Positions 31,918 through 40,639 of a stretch of 64,000 bases of DNA are shown piece after piece; the stretch's first letter is position 1, and the number at the start of each line of letters is the position of its first letter. The notes under the pieces were generated by a model. The model did not search any database, was not told the DNA's origin, and saw only the letters and a program-made list of their open reading frames with translations. This DNA is from Candidatus Eiseniibacteriota bacterium (lineage in GTDB: Bacteria > Eisenbacteria > RBG-16-71-46): NCBI GenBank assembly GCA_963707915.1, contig OY970178.1, forward strand, positions 3,456,001-3,520,000. The letters run 5' to 3'. Position numbers and translations under genes: made by a program.

Positions 31918-34900
31918 ATGCTGACTGCCCTTCCGGCTCTCCTGCTGCTCATCGGGTTTCCCCACTTCGGGTTGAAGCCCAGCCGCACCGCGTCCCCTGC
32001 GGACTCTCTCCCGCCGGCGTGGAAGAGCGCCTCCCGCCTCGCGCTGGAGGACCAGTTCGTCCTGGGGGTCCTGCGGCCGCTGCGCCTGCGCCCGCCCGGG
32101 CTGAGGCTGAGCCCCGATCCGCGCTCCCTGCGCGTGACGATGGACCCCGACTCCGGCACGGTGAGCACGTCCCCGCGCCTGGGTGAGATCGCCCTGGGCC
32201 CGGGCGCGGCGCGCTCGCTCTCGGCCTTCTCCCGCGAGACCGGCCGGCTCAGCTTCGAACGCTTGTGGCGCGAGACCTCGCAGAAGAACATCAACTCCAA
32301 GGGCGTGGCCACGGGAGGGGGGGCCTCCCCGACCGGGCTGTCGTTCCGGCTGCCCTCCCCGCTGCCGGCGCGCATGCAGAACCTGCTCGGTCCCGGGGGG
32401 CCGGCGCTGAACGCCTCGGGCTCGGAGAACATCCGGCTCTCCGGGCAGAGCGACTGGAGCAACCAGCAGATCGGCATGCTGGGCCAGCGGCGCTCGCTGT
32501 TCCCGACGCTGAACATGCAGCAGGACCTGGACATCCGCCTCGAGGGGCAGCTCTCCGACCGCGTCAAGGTCAACCTGCTGCAGAACTCCGCCAGCCAGGT
32601 CCCGCTCTCCAATCGCGTCGCCATCAACTACCGCGGCGGCGAGGACGACCTGGTCCAGGCGTTCGACCTGGGCAACACCAGCCTGACGTTGCCGGGCACC
32701 CAGTACGTCTCCTACAGCGGCCGCAACGAGGGCCTCTACGGCGTCAAGGCCGCGCTGCGCTACGGGCCGCTCGACTTCACGATCCTGGCGAGCAAGCAGG
32801 AGGGCAAGAGCGAGCGTGCGAGCTACACCGGCGGCGCCTCGAAACAGACCCAGACCCTGAGCGACTTCGACTACGTGCGCGGGACGTACTTCTTCCTCTA
32901 CGACCCCAACCTTCCCGATCCGCGGGATTCCACGGTCCTGGCGCTCGACATCGACGACGCCAGCATCATGCTCTACCGCGACAACGCGGACTACACCGCC
33001 AACGTGACTTCGGTGCGCGGTCGCGCGCGGACGGATCCGGCCCTGGGCCCGGGCACGCCGCCCGACACGGCGGCGGTGCTCGGCTTCTACACGCCGCTGA
33101 CGGCCGGGGCGGACAAGGACTACGAGATCCTGCGCGACGTCTACGGCCCCGACTACAAGATCATCCGGCTCCGCCGGCAGATGGTGGGCGACCAGCGTCT
33201 CGCGGTGACCTACCGCGCGCGGCCGGCGGGCTCCCAGGGGGACTACGTGCAGGTGGGGAGCACCGAGCTGGTCGACGACCTCGACGGGGTGCCGACCATC
33301 CAGATGAAGCTGTTGCGCGCGCCCATCAGCCTGATCGTGCCCGACTCCACCGGCAAGGGGTTCGAGTCGAACCCCCGCCTGGCGCCCTTCAACGCGACGC
33401 GGGAGCTCGAGCTCAGGAACTTCTACCAGCTGGGCGGCCAGCGCATCGACCCCGGCACCATCAAGATCAACATCCGCCAGGGCTACACCGACCCGCCGCA
33501 GTACTCGGAGCCCGCCGCGCCCGGGATCCCGTACATCGAGATGCTGGGCCTCGACAACTTCGACGAGTCCGGCGGCTCGGCGGTCCGCGGCGCCCACGAC
33601 AACAAGGTGGACGGGACGGTGGCGAGCTCGAACACCCGCGCCTTCGTGGACTTCGAGGAGGGCACGCTCTTCATGCCCGACGTGCGCCCGTTCGCGCCGC
33701 GGATCGGTTACCGGGACGGAAGGCCCGAGAAGCCCTTCGACCGGGCGATCGCCAACCTGCTGTCCCGGCGCGACTCGCTCGACTCCTCGAAGCCGGACCC
33801 GCACACCAGCGCCGGCGGCCTGGACCAGGCCGCCGCCAACGCGGCGATCTACGACGACTACAACCCGCGCCGCGACCTCGCCTCGACCTACTTCATCGAC
33901 GTGGAGTTCACCGCGGCCCAGACCCAGGGCGAGATCCCGCTGGGTCGCGGCAACCTGCTCGAGGGCTCCGAGGTCGTCGCGGTGAACGGCGAGCAGTGGG
34001 TGCGCGACAAGGACTACACGATCGACTACGACCTCGGCCGCCTCACGCTCAAGCGCCAGATGCCGACCGGCGGCCAGCTCAACGTGAACTACTCCTACGC
34101 GCCGCTGTTCCAGCAGGCCGGGCGCACGCTGGTCGGGAGCGCGTTCCGCCTCGAGGGGCGCGACCGGAGCTTCGGCGGGGCGTTCATGTACGAGAGCAAG
34201 GGCTCGCAGGACCTTCGTCCCCGGCTGGGGGAGGAGCCCTCGCGCAGCCTCATCACCGACCTCAACACCGAGTGGACGTTCCGCCCGGGCTGGATGACCC
34301 GGATGGTGGACCGCCTGCCCGGGATCCGCACCACCGCCGCCTCGGAGCTCCACGTGCAGGCCGAGGTGGGCATGTCGTTCCCCAATCCCAACACCAAGAA
34401 CGAGGTCTTCATCGACGACATGGAGGGCGTGCGCGACGCGGTCTCCCTGACGATGGCGCAGGAGCGCTGGCACAGCGCGAGCGTGCCCCGCCTCGAGGTG
34501 GCGCCGGGGGTGAGCGTGCCGCTCACGGACCCGGGGGTGGAGACGGGCTTCGAGACCCACGGGCTCCACAACACCGAACTGCACTGGTACTCCCCGCCCA
34601 GCTTCGTCAAGGAACGCGACCTCAAGCCCGACCTCAGCGACGCCCAGGGGGCGCGCAACCCGCGCCAGGTGCTGTGCCTGAGCGTGCCGCGGCGGCCGAC
34701 CCTGGGGGTCAGCGATTCCACCCGCCTGTGGGCGGGCGTGGACTACATGCTCGACCCGGTGGGCCTGGACCTGTCGCGCTCGCAATTCATCGAGCTGTGG
34801 GTGAACGACTTCCGGGACCAGCACGCCACCGACGGGAAGGGCCGCGTGCGCGGGCGCCACGTCAAGCTCCACGTCGACCTGGGCGCGATGAGCGAGGACC

Positions 34901-37900
34901 AGATGCGCTCGCCGGACCAGCCGCCCAACGGCCTGCTGGACACCGAGGACAAGCACCGCGACAACACCCTCACGGCGGAGGAAGACACGGGGTTCGACGG
35001 GCTGATGAACCCCGACTCGGGCAAGACGCGCGACCTCACCACCTCGAATCCCACGGATCCCGAGGGCGACGACTTCCACCCGCCGAACGACATCGTGTCC
35101 CGGGACGAGGCGCGCTCCATCGATCCGCGCAACTGGGTGTCCGTGAACGGCACCGAGGGCAACCGCACCATCAACCCCCAGCCCGACACCGAGGACCAGA
35201 ACCTGAACGGTGCGCTGGACACCAGCAATGACTACTACGAGTACACCATCGACCTGGGCGACGAGCAGAGCCTCCCGTCCGACACCTCCTACCTGGTGAC
35301 GGACGTCCACGCGGCCTTCCCGGCCACCGCCGAGGACAACGGCTGGCGCCGCTACCGGATCCCGATCGCCGACTCCCGCGCCGTGAAGTTCGGGAATCCC
35401 AACCTGTCGATGGCCCAGCGCGTGCGGGTCTGGATCCAGGGGATGGTGGAGACGGACGAGTCGCCGGCGGACATCCGCAAGCCGCTGCTCATGCTGGGCG
35501 GGCTGGAGATCGTGGGCAGCCGCTGGCAGCAGGCCGCGCTCGACACGGCGTCGCAGCGGGCGGGCACGACGATGACGCTGAACGCGGTGAACTCGCTGGA
35601 CAACGCCGACGTCTACGTGCCGCCCTTCGACCCCGGGCAGACGCGCAACGGCAACCAGGAGCTCACCCGCCGCGAGCAGTCCATGAGCCTGGAGTTCACC
35701 AACCTGCAGGCCGACGCGACGCTGGAGACCTTCAAGACCTTCTCGCTGGACGAGAACTACAGCCGCTACGGCCGGCTCGCCTGGTACGTCGCCGCCTTCG
35801 ACCTGCGCGACGCGGCCAACAGCCCCTGCATCTCGACCCCCGGGCTGTCCTACTTCGTGCGCTTCGCTTCGGACGAGCAGGGGCGCAACTACTACGAGTA
35901 CCGGGCGAGCCTGCCGGCCAACTCGAGCGCGAAGCAGGTCTCCTGGAGCGACATCCGCATGAAGCTCACCGACCTGTCCAACCTCAAGCTGAACTCGGAC
36001 TTCCAGAAGGCCGACCCGAACCGTTACGGCGTGGCCGGCGCGGCCCCGGGGGAGAGCCTATTCGTCATCGGCCGGCCCTCGTTCACCCGGCTCCGGCGCA
36101 TCTCGTTCGGGCTCGTGAACCGCGGCGGGTCGACCTACCGCTCGGGACAGCTGTGGCTCGACGAGATGCGGGCCACGGACGTGGCGAAGGACGTGGACCA
36201 CGCCCAGCGCGTCCAGATCAACGGGCAGCTGGCCAACCTGGTGAGCTACAACCTGGCGTGGAACGGGCGCGGGGCGGACTTCCTCTCGGTGGGGGAGAGT
36301 CGCGGGCCGGGAAGTTCGTTCGACCAGTTCTCGTGGAGCACCGCGATCCAACCGCACCGCTTCTTCGAGCAGACGCGGATCTCGCTGCCCGTCAACCTCG
36401 CCTACACGCGCAACAGTTCGCGGCCGCGCTTCAGCGCCGGCGACGACATCATCCGCACCGGGGCCCTCGAGGCGGCCAGCGAGACCCGGAACGAGTCGCG
36501 CACGTTCGGCACCAGCTACTCGCGCGCCTGGAGCGAGCGCTCCAACCCGTTCCTGCGCTACACCCTCGGCGGCATCACCGCCAGCTACAGCCAGACCGAG
36601 TCCAAGAACCGCAGTCCCTATTCGGTGGACAGCAGCGTCGTCAAGTCCGCGATGGTGAGCTACCTCATCGCGCCCCGGAAGCTGCTCGCGTTCGGGATCC
36701 CGATGAGCAAGGCCCGCTTCTACCTCCTGCCGGAGCGGGCCTACTGGAACTACTCGGTCAGCACCAACCGCAACGTCGCCTTCGACCGCGTGGGTGCGCT
36801 GCGCGACTCGCTCCGCAAGCGCAGCGACGTGACCGGCCGGACCGCGTTCGTGAACTTCGGCGCCGACTCGCGGCCCATCGAGCTCTTCCACCACCACATC
36901 GATGGGGTCCGCAACCTGGTGCTGCCCCTGAGGAACGACCGGATCGGCTTCATCAACCTGGGCCGCGTGACGAGCTGGCGGCAGAACATGGACGCGCGAT
37001 ACAGCGTCGCGCGCGGGAACTGGCTGCGGCCGACGTTCTCGTGGACCTCGGCCTACAACCAGAACAACGGCCCCGAGCTGTCGAGCGACCTGAGCCTGCG
37101 CTCGGTGAGCAACGGCCAGACGCTGAGCATGACCATGGACCTGCCCTTCGCGCGGTTCGCGGAAGGGCGTCCGGGCCCGGGGCCCGGACGGCCCGGGCGC
37201 GCGCGCCCGCCGGGGCCGGGCGACGGGACCGACACCACCGCTCCGGACGAGCCCGACGGCGGGCCGCCGGAGAGTCCCGGCATGGAGCCCCCCGCCGGCG
37301 CACGGCCGGCGCGCGCCGACGAGGCCCGTGGCGGCCCCTCCGCCGGCGCACGGCCGGCGCGCGCCGACGAGGCCCGTGGCGGGCCCTCCGCCGGCGCACG
37401 GCCGGCGCGCGCCGACGAGGCCAGTGGCGCACCGCCCGCCGGTGCCGGCCCCCGGGTCGCGCTGCCGGCCGCCGTCGCGTTCTCGCGCTTCGACGACGTC
37501 CCGGTCGCGCCTCCCGTGCTCGACGTCACGCGCCTCGACGGCGCGTGGGTGGCGCGCTTCGACAGCGCTCGGACGGCGCTGTTCGGCAGCGCGCGGGTGG
37601 CGCTCTTCGATCTCGCCCGGCTCGCGCGCCTCGACGCCGCGCGCGAAGCGCGGCTGGACGGCGCGGGGGCGGGGCCGCTGGGCAGCGCACGGGTGGCGCT
37701 CTTCGATCGCGCCCGCGCCGCCCGCCTGGACAGCGCCCGGGCAGCGCTCCTGGGCAGCGCGCGGGTGGCGCTCTACGACCGCGCCCGGGTCGGGTTCCTC
37801 GACCGGGCCCACGAGGCGCTCCGCGACAGCGCGCGGGTGGCGCTGTTCGGCAGCGCGCGGGTGGCGCTGTTCGAGACCGCCCGCGTCGCGCTCCCCGACG

Positions 37901-38967
37901 CCGGTCGCGTCGCGACCGCCGGCGCGCCCCGCGAGGCCCTCCTCGACAGCGCGCGTGCCGGGATCGACCGGCCGCGTCCGGCCGGGGACCGGCTGCGCAC
38001 GCTGTTCGGCGGGCTGCGGCCCAGCCTGTCGTGGCGCGGGCTCCTGGCTTCGCTGGGCACCATCACGACGGACGCGGGGTTGAACCGCTCGAGCGCCTAC
38101 AGCCGGCTCATGGGCACTCCCGGGTTCGCCTACCTGTTCGGGTTCTCGAGCCGGCTCGATTCGGCGCGGATGCGGCCCGCGTTCGGCAACGGCTCGTCGG
38201 TCTCGACCGACTGGCGGGTGGGGGCCCGGACCCGCATGCGGCTTCCCTTCGGCGGCTCCGCCAACACGCGCTTCGACCTCACCGGCCGCCTGTACGACAA
38301 TAGCGGGATGAAGAACCGGACGCAGACCCTCCGCTATCCCGACGCCGAGATCGAGTACGGACAGGTGGCCAGCGTGCTGCGCATCGACCGCGTGCTCAGC
38401 ACCCCCCAGATGCGCACCACCTACGGCCGTTCCCAGACCACCGAGTTCGCCAACAACCGCCCGACCGCCTCCAGCCGCTCGTCGGTCAGCGAGTGGCGGC
38501 CGCTCTTCGGCCTGACCGGAAGCCTGAAGAGCGGGACGCGCCTCGAGTTCAAGACCGACCGGAGGGTCACCGAGACCGAGAACCTCCTGCTCGGCCACTC
38601 GCTGACCACCAACCGCACGACCACGACCTACTTCAGCGTCACGCGCTCCTACTCCAAGGGCCAGAAGGTGAAGTTCCTGGGCAAGGAGAAGACGGTCAGC
38701 AGCACGGTCAGCGTGGGGCTCAACGGCCAGTACGAGACCCAGACCGGCGAGACCCGCTCGTTCGCCGACGCCTCGCGGAAGACCGAAACTGGCACTCGCT
38801 TCCCGACCAGCGAGAGCCGGCTCTCCCTGAACGGCACCGGGTCCTACTCGTTCAGCACCAACGTCACCGGGAACCTCGCACTCGGCTATGGAGAGAACAA
38901 TGACCGCCAGAAGGGGTTCAAACGCAAGAACGTGCGGGTCGAGCTGCGCGCGCAGTTCACGTTCTAG
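31918..38967 (+). CDS. sprA: SprA/Sov-like very large outer-membrane beta-barrel protein (T9SS translocon homologue)
   Basis: 2349 aa; Y.GGEDDLVQ..DLGN.SLTLP, ELRNFY, EGSE.V..NG, DYTIDYDLG, IDDMEG, DTED.N.NG.LD, W..YRIP, W.DEMR motifs; C-terminal Phe. Confidence 0.85.
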   Translation: MLTALPALLLLIGFPHFGLKPSRTASPADSLPPAWKSASRLALEDQFVLGVLRPLRLRPPGLRLSPDPRSLRVTMDPDSGTVSTSPRLGEIALGPGAARSLSAFSRETGRLSFERLWRETSQKNINSKGVATGGGASPTGLSFRLPSPLPARMQNLLGPGGPALNASGSENIRLSGQSDWSNQQIGMLGQRRSLFPTLNMQQDLDIRLEGQLSDRVKVNLLQNSASQVPLSNRVAINYRGGEDDLVQAFDLGNTSLTLPGTQYVSYSGRNEGLYGVKAALRYGPLDFTILASKQEGKSERASYTGGASKQTQTLSDFDYVRGTYFFLYDPNLPDPRDSTVLALDIDDASIMLYRDNADYTANVTSVRGRARTDPALGPGTPPDTAAVLGFYTPLTAGADKDYEILRDVYGPDYKIIRLRRQMVGDQRLAVTYRARPAGSQGDYVQVGSTELVDDLDGVPTIQMKLLRAPISLIVPDSTGKGFESNPRLAPFNATRELELRNFYQLGGQRIDPGTIKINIRQGYTDPPQYSEPAAPGIPYIEMLGLDNFDESGGSAVRGAHDNKVDGTVASSNTRAFVDFEEGTLFMPDVRPFAPRIGYRDGRPEKPFDRAIANLLSRRDSLDSSKPDPHTSAGGLDQAAANAAIYDDYNPRRDLASTYFIDVEFTAAQTQGEIPLGRGNLLEGSEVVAVNGEQWVRDKDYTIDYDLGRLTLKRQMPTGGQLNVNYSYAPLFQQAGRTLVGSAFRLEGRDRSFGGAFMYESKGSQDLRPRLGEEPSRSLITDLNTEWTFRPGWMTRMVDRLPGIRTTAASELHVQAEVGMSFPNPNTKNEVFIDDMEGVRDAVSLTMAQERWHSASVPRLEVAPGVSVPLTDPGVETGFETHGLHNTELHWYSPPSFVKERDLKPDLSDAQGARNPRQVLCLSVPRRPTLGVSDSTRLWAGVDYMLDPVGLDLSRSQFIELWVNDFRDQHATDGKGRVRGRHVKLHVDLGAMSEDQMRSPDQPPNGLLDTEDKHRDNTLTAEEDTGFDGLMNPDSGKTRDLTTSNPTDPEGDDFHPPNDIVSRDEARSIDPRNWVSVNGTEGNRTINPQPDTEDQNLNGALDTSNDYYEYTIDLGDEQSLPSDTSYLVTDVHAAFPATAEDNGWRRYRIPIADSRAVKFGNPNLSMAQRVRVWIQGMVETDESPADIRKPLLMLGGLEIVGSRWQQAALDTASQRAGTTMTLNAVNSLDNADVYVPPFDPGQTRNGNQELTRREQSMSLEFTNLQADATLETFKTFSLDENYSRYGRLAWYVAAFDLRDAANSPCISTPGLSYFVRFASDEQGRNYYEYRASLPANSSAKQVSWSDIRMKLTDLSNLKLNSDFQKADPNRYGVAGAAPGESLFVIGRPSFTRLRRISFGLVNRGGSTYRSGQLWLDEMRATDVAKDVDHAQRVQINGQLANLVSYNLAWNGRGADFLSVGESRGPGSSFDQFSWSTAIQPHRFFEQTRISLPVNLAYTRNSSRPRFSAGDDIIRTGALEAASETRNESRTFGTSYSRAWSERSNPFLRYTLGGITASYSQTESKNRSPYSVDSSVVKSAMVSYLIAPRKLLAFGIPMSKARFYLLPERAYWNYSVSTNRNVAFDRVGALRDSLRKRSDVTGRTAFVNFGADSRPIELFHHHIDGVRNLVLPLRNDRIGFINLGRVTSWRQNMDARYSVARGNWLRPTFSWTSAYNQNNGPELSSDLSLRSVSNGQTLSMTMDLPFARFAEGRPGPGPGRPGRARPPGPGDGTDTTAPDEPDGGPPESPGMEPPAGARPARADEARGGPSAGARPARADEARGGPSAGARPARADEASGAPPAGAGPRVALPAAVAFSRFDDVPVAPPVLDVTRLDGAWVARFDSARTALFGSARVALFDLARLARLDAAREARLDGAGAGPLGSARVALFDRARAARLDSARAALLGSARVALYDRARVGFLDRAHEALRDSARVALFGSARVALFETARVALPDAGRVATAGAPREALLDSARAGIDRPRPAGDRLRTLFGGLRPSLSWRGLLASLGTITTDAGLNRSSAYSRLMGTPGFAYLFGFSSRLDSARMRPAFGNGSSVSTDWRVGARTRMRLPFGGSANTRFDLTGRLYDNSGMKNRTQTLRYPDAEIEYGQVASVLRIDRVLSTPQMRTTYGRSQTTEFANNRPTASSRSSVSEWRPLFGLTGSLKSGTRLEFKTDRRVTETENLLLGHSLTTNRTTTTYFSVTRSYSKGQKVKFLGKEKTVSSTVSVGLNGQYETQTGETRSFADASRKTETGTRFPTSESRLSLNGTGSYSFSTNVTGNLALGYGENNDRQKGFKRKNVRVELRAQFTF
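37294..37437 (+). repeat. Three 48-bp tandem repeats (AGARPARADEARGGPS) within sprA
   Basis: Near-identical DNA units seen directly. Confidence 0.92.
37534..37965 (+). repeat. Eighteen consecutive 24-bp/8-aa repeats, consensus (F/L)(D/G)SARVAL, within sprA
   Basis: Register is kept without indels from LDGAWVAR to LDSARAGI. Confidence 0.88.
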
Positions 38968-38971
38968 GCGC

Positions 38972-39889
38972 GTGGACCGCGCCCTTCGGCTCCTCGTCCT
39001 GGCCGCCGCGCTCGCCGCTCCGGCCGGCTGTGCCGCCCGGCCCGACGTGGACGGCGCGCGCGCGCAGGCCCGGGTCGTCTTCCAGGTCGCGGCGGGAGCG
39101 CGCGTGCCCGGCAGCGCCGCCCACGCGCGCATCATCGAGTGGCTGGACGGCGAGCTGGCCCGGCTCGGCGGCCGGGTCGAACGGCAGGCCTTCACCGATT
39201 CCTCGCTCGGCCGGCCGCTCGCGCTCACCAACGTCATCGGGCGCTTCGGGCCCGCCCGCGGGCCGGGGATCGTCCTGTGCGCGCACTGGGACAGCCGGGC
39301 CCGGGCGGACCAGGACCCGGACCCGGCGTACCGGGACCTGCCGGTGCCGGGCGCGAACGACGGCGCCTCGGGGGTGGCGGTGCTGCTGGAGGTCGCCGAG
39401 CTCATGAGTCGCCGGCCGCCACCGATGCCGGTGGAGCTGGTCTTCTTCGACGGCGAGGACCAGGGGAGCGCGACCGAGCCGCAGGGGTTCTGCCTCGGGG
39501 CGAAGCACTACGCGCGCCAGCTCTCGAACCGGGCCGAGAAGCCGCTGGCGGCCTTCCTGTTCGACATGGTGGGGGACCGGGACCTCGAGATCCACCCCGA
39601 GCTCCAATCGGCCGAGCGGGCGGCGAACCTGGTGGCGCTGGTCCTGGATGGCGCCCGGGCCACGGGGGCCGGCCAGTTCAAGGCCGACCCGCGCTACTCC
39701 ATCACGGACGACCACGTCCCGTTGCTCGACGCCGGGGTCCCCGCGGTGGACATCATCGACTTCGACTACCCGGCCTGGCACACCCACCGCGACCTGCCCG
39801 ACCAGACGTCCCCGGCCAGCCTTGCCGCCGTGTCCCGGGTGGCGGCCTGGATCGTGTACCGCTCGCCCCTGACACGCGCCACGCGCTGA
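38972..39889 (+). CDS. M28-family lipoprotein, glutaminyl-cyclase-like
   Basis: Lipobox PAGC; AHWDSR, GANDGASG, FFDGED, DMVG, DDH, WHT motifs. Confidence 0.85.
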   Translation: MDRALRLLVLAAALAAPAGCAARPDVDGARAQARVVFQVAAGARVPGSAAHARIIEWLDGELARLGGRVERQAFTDSSLGRPLALTNVIGRFGPARGPGIVLCAHWDSRARADQDPDPAYRDLPVPGANDGASGVAVLLEVAELMSRRPPPMPVELVFFDGEDQGSATEPQGFCLGAKHYARQLSNRAEKPLAAFLFDMVGDRDLEIHPELQSAERAANLVALVLDGARATGAGQFKADPRYSITDDHVPLLDAGVPAVDIIDFDYPAWHTHRDLPDQTSPASLAAVSRVAAWIVYRSPLTRATR

Positions 39890-40005
39890 GCCCCGCGGTG
39901 CCGGGGCCCAACTCCTTGGTGTGAAGAGGGTTGAGTTTCGCTCCCGCCGGGCCCCCCGGGAGACAGGCAGAGCTTGCCGGACGCGCTCCGCGGACCTAAG
40001 CTCAC

Positions 40006-40034
40006 TTGCCGATTCCGGGCCACTCGGTTATCGT
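40006..40034 (+). promoter_or_regulatory. Sigma70 promoter of the rimP-nusA-infB operon
   Basis: TTGCCG-N17-TATCGT. Confidence 0.65.
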
Positions 40035-40042
40035 GCGCGCAA

Positions 40043-40074
40043 GGAGTGGGTTCGGCGCGACCACTCCGTTTTTT
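40043..40074 (+). terminator. rimP leader attenuator hairpin
   Basis: GGAGTGG...CCACTCC stem followed by T6, between the promoter and the rimP start. Confidence 0.75.
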
Positions 40075-40093
40075 GTCCTTATCCGGAGCCAAG

Positions 40094-40639
40094 TTGGAAG
40101 TTCGAGAGGAAGTCCGTCAACTCGCGGCGCCGTTGGCCGGCGAGGCGGGCTTCGAGTTGGTCGATGTCGAGTTCGTCGTGCAGGGCCGGCAGCGCGTCAT
40201 CCGCGTCCTGCTGGACAAGCCCGGCGGCGTGACGCTGGGCGATTGTGCGGTTTTCAGCCGTCACTTGGGCGACTGCCTCGACATGAACCAGACGGTGGCG
40301 GGCAAGAGCTACCGGCTCGAGGTCAGTTCGCCGGGCATGGACCGGCCGATCACGAGCCTGGAAACGGTCGCCCGTTTCGCGGGCCGGCGCGTGACGTTGT
40401 CGAGCGTGATGCCGCGCGATGGCCGGCGGAACTACGACGGTGTGTTGCTCGGACCCGCGGGGACGACCCTCGGAGTCCGGACCGAAGACGAAGTGGAGCA
40501 CTGGTTCGACTGGACCGAGGTGAAGGTGGTCCGGCTGGCCGTGGACCCGTGGGAAGAGGCGCGGAACGCTCGCGGGGCCGGCTCGCCCGCGCGTGAGCGC
40601 GGGGCCGGGTCACGGCGACCGCGCGGGGGGTCTCGATGA
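40094..40639 (+). CDS. rimP: Ribosome maturation factor RimP
   Basis: GFELVDVE, GGVTLGDC, YRLEVSSPGMDRP; TTG start after GGAG. Confidence 0.93.
   Translation: MEVREEVRQLAAPLAGEAGFELVDVEFVVQGRQRVIRVLLDKPGGVTLGDCAVFSRHLGDCLDMNQTVAGKSYRLEVSSPGMDRPITSLETVARFAGRRVTLSSVMPRDGRRNYDGVLLGPAGTTLGVRTEDEVEHWFDWTEVKVVRLAVDPWEEARNARGAGSPARERGAGSRRPRGGSR

Noticed and set aside
31798..39405. Very long antisense ORFs (31798-35310, 36058-39405; likewise 5852-8596, 10258-13248, 41924-44812, 47056-49866)
   Set aside because: Shadow frames opposite well-supported genes; expected in high-GC DNA with few stop codons; no motifs.
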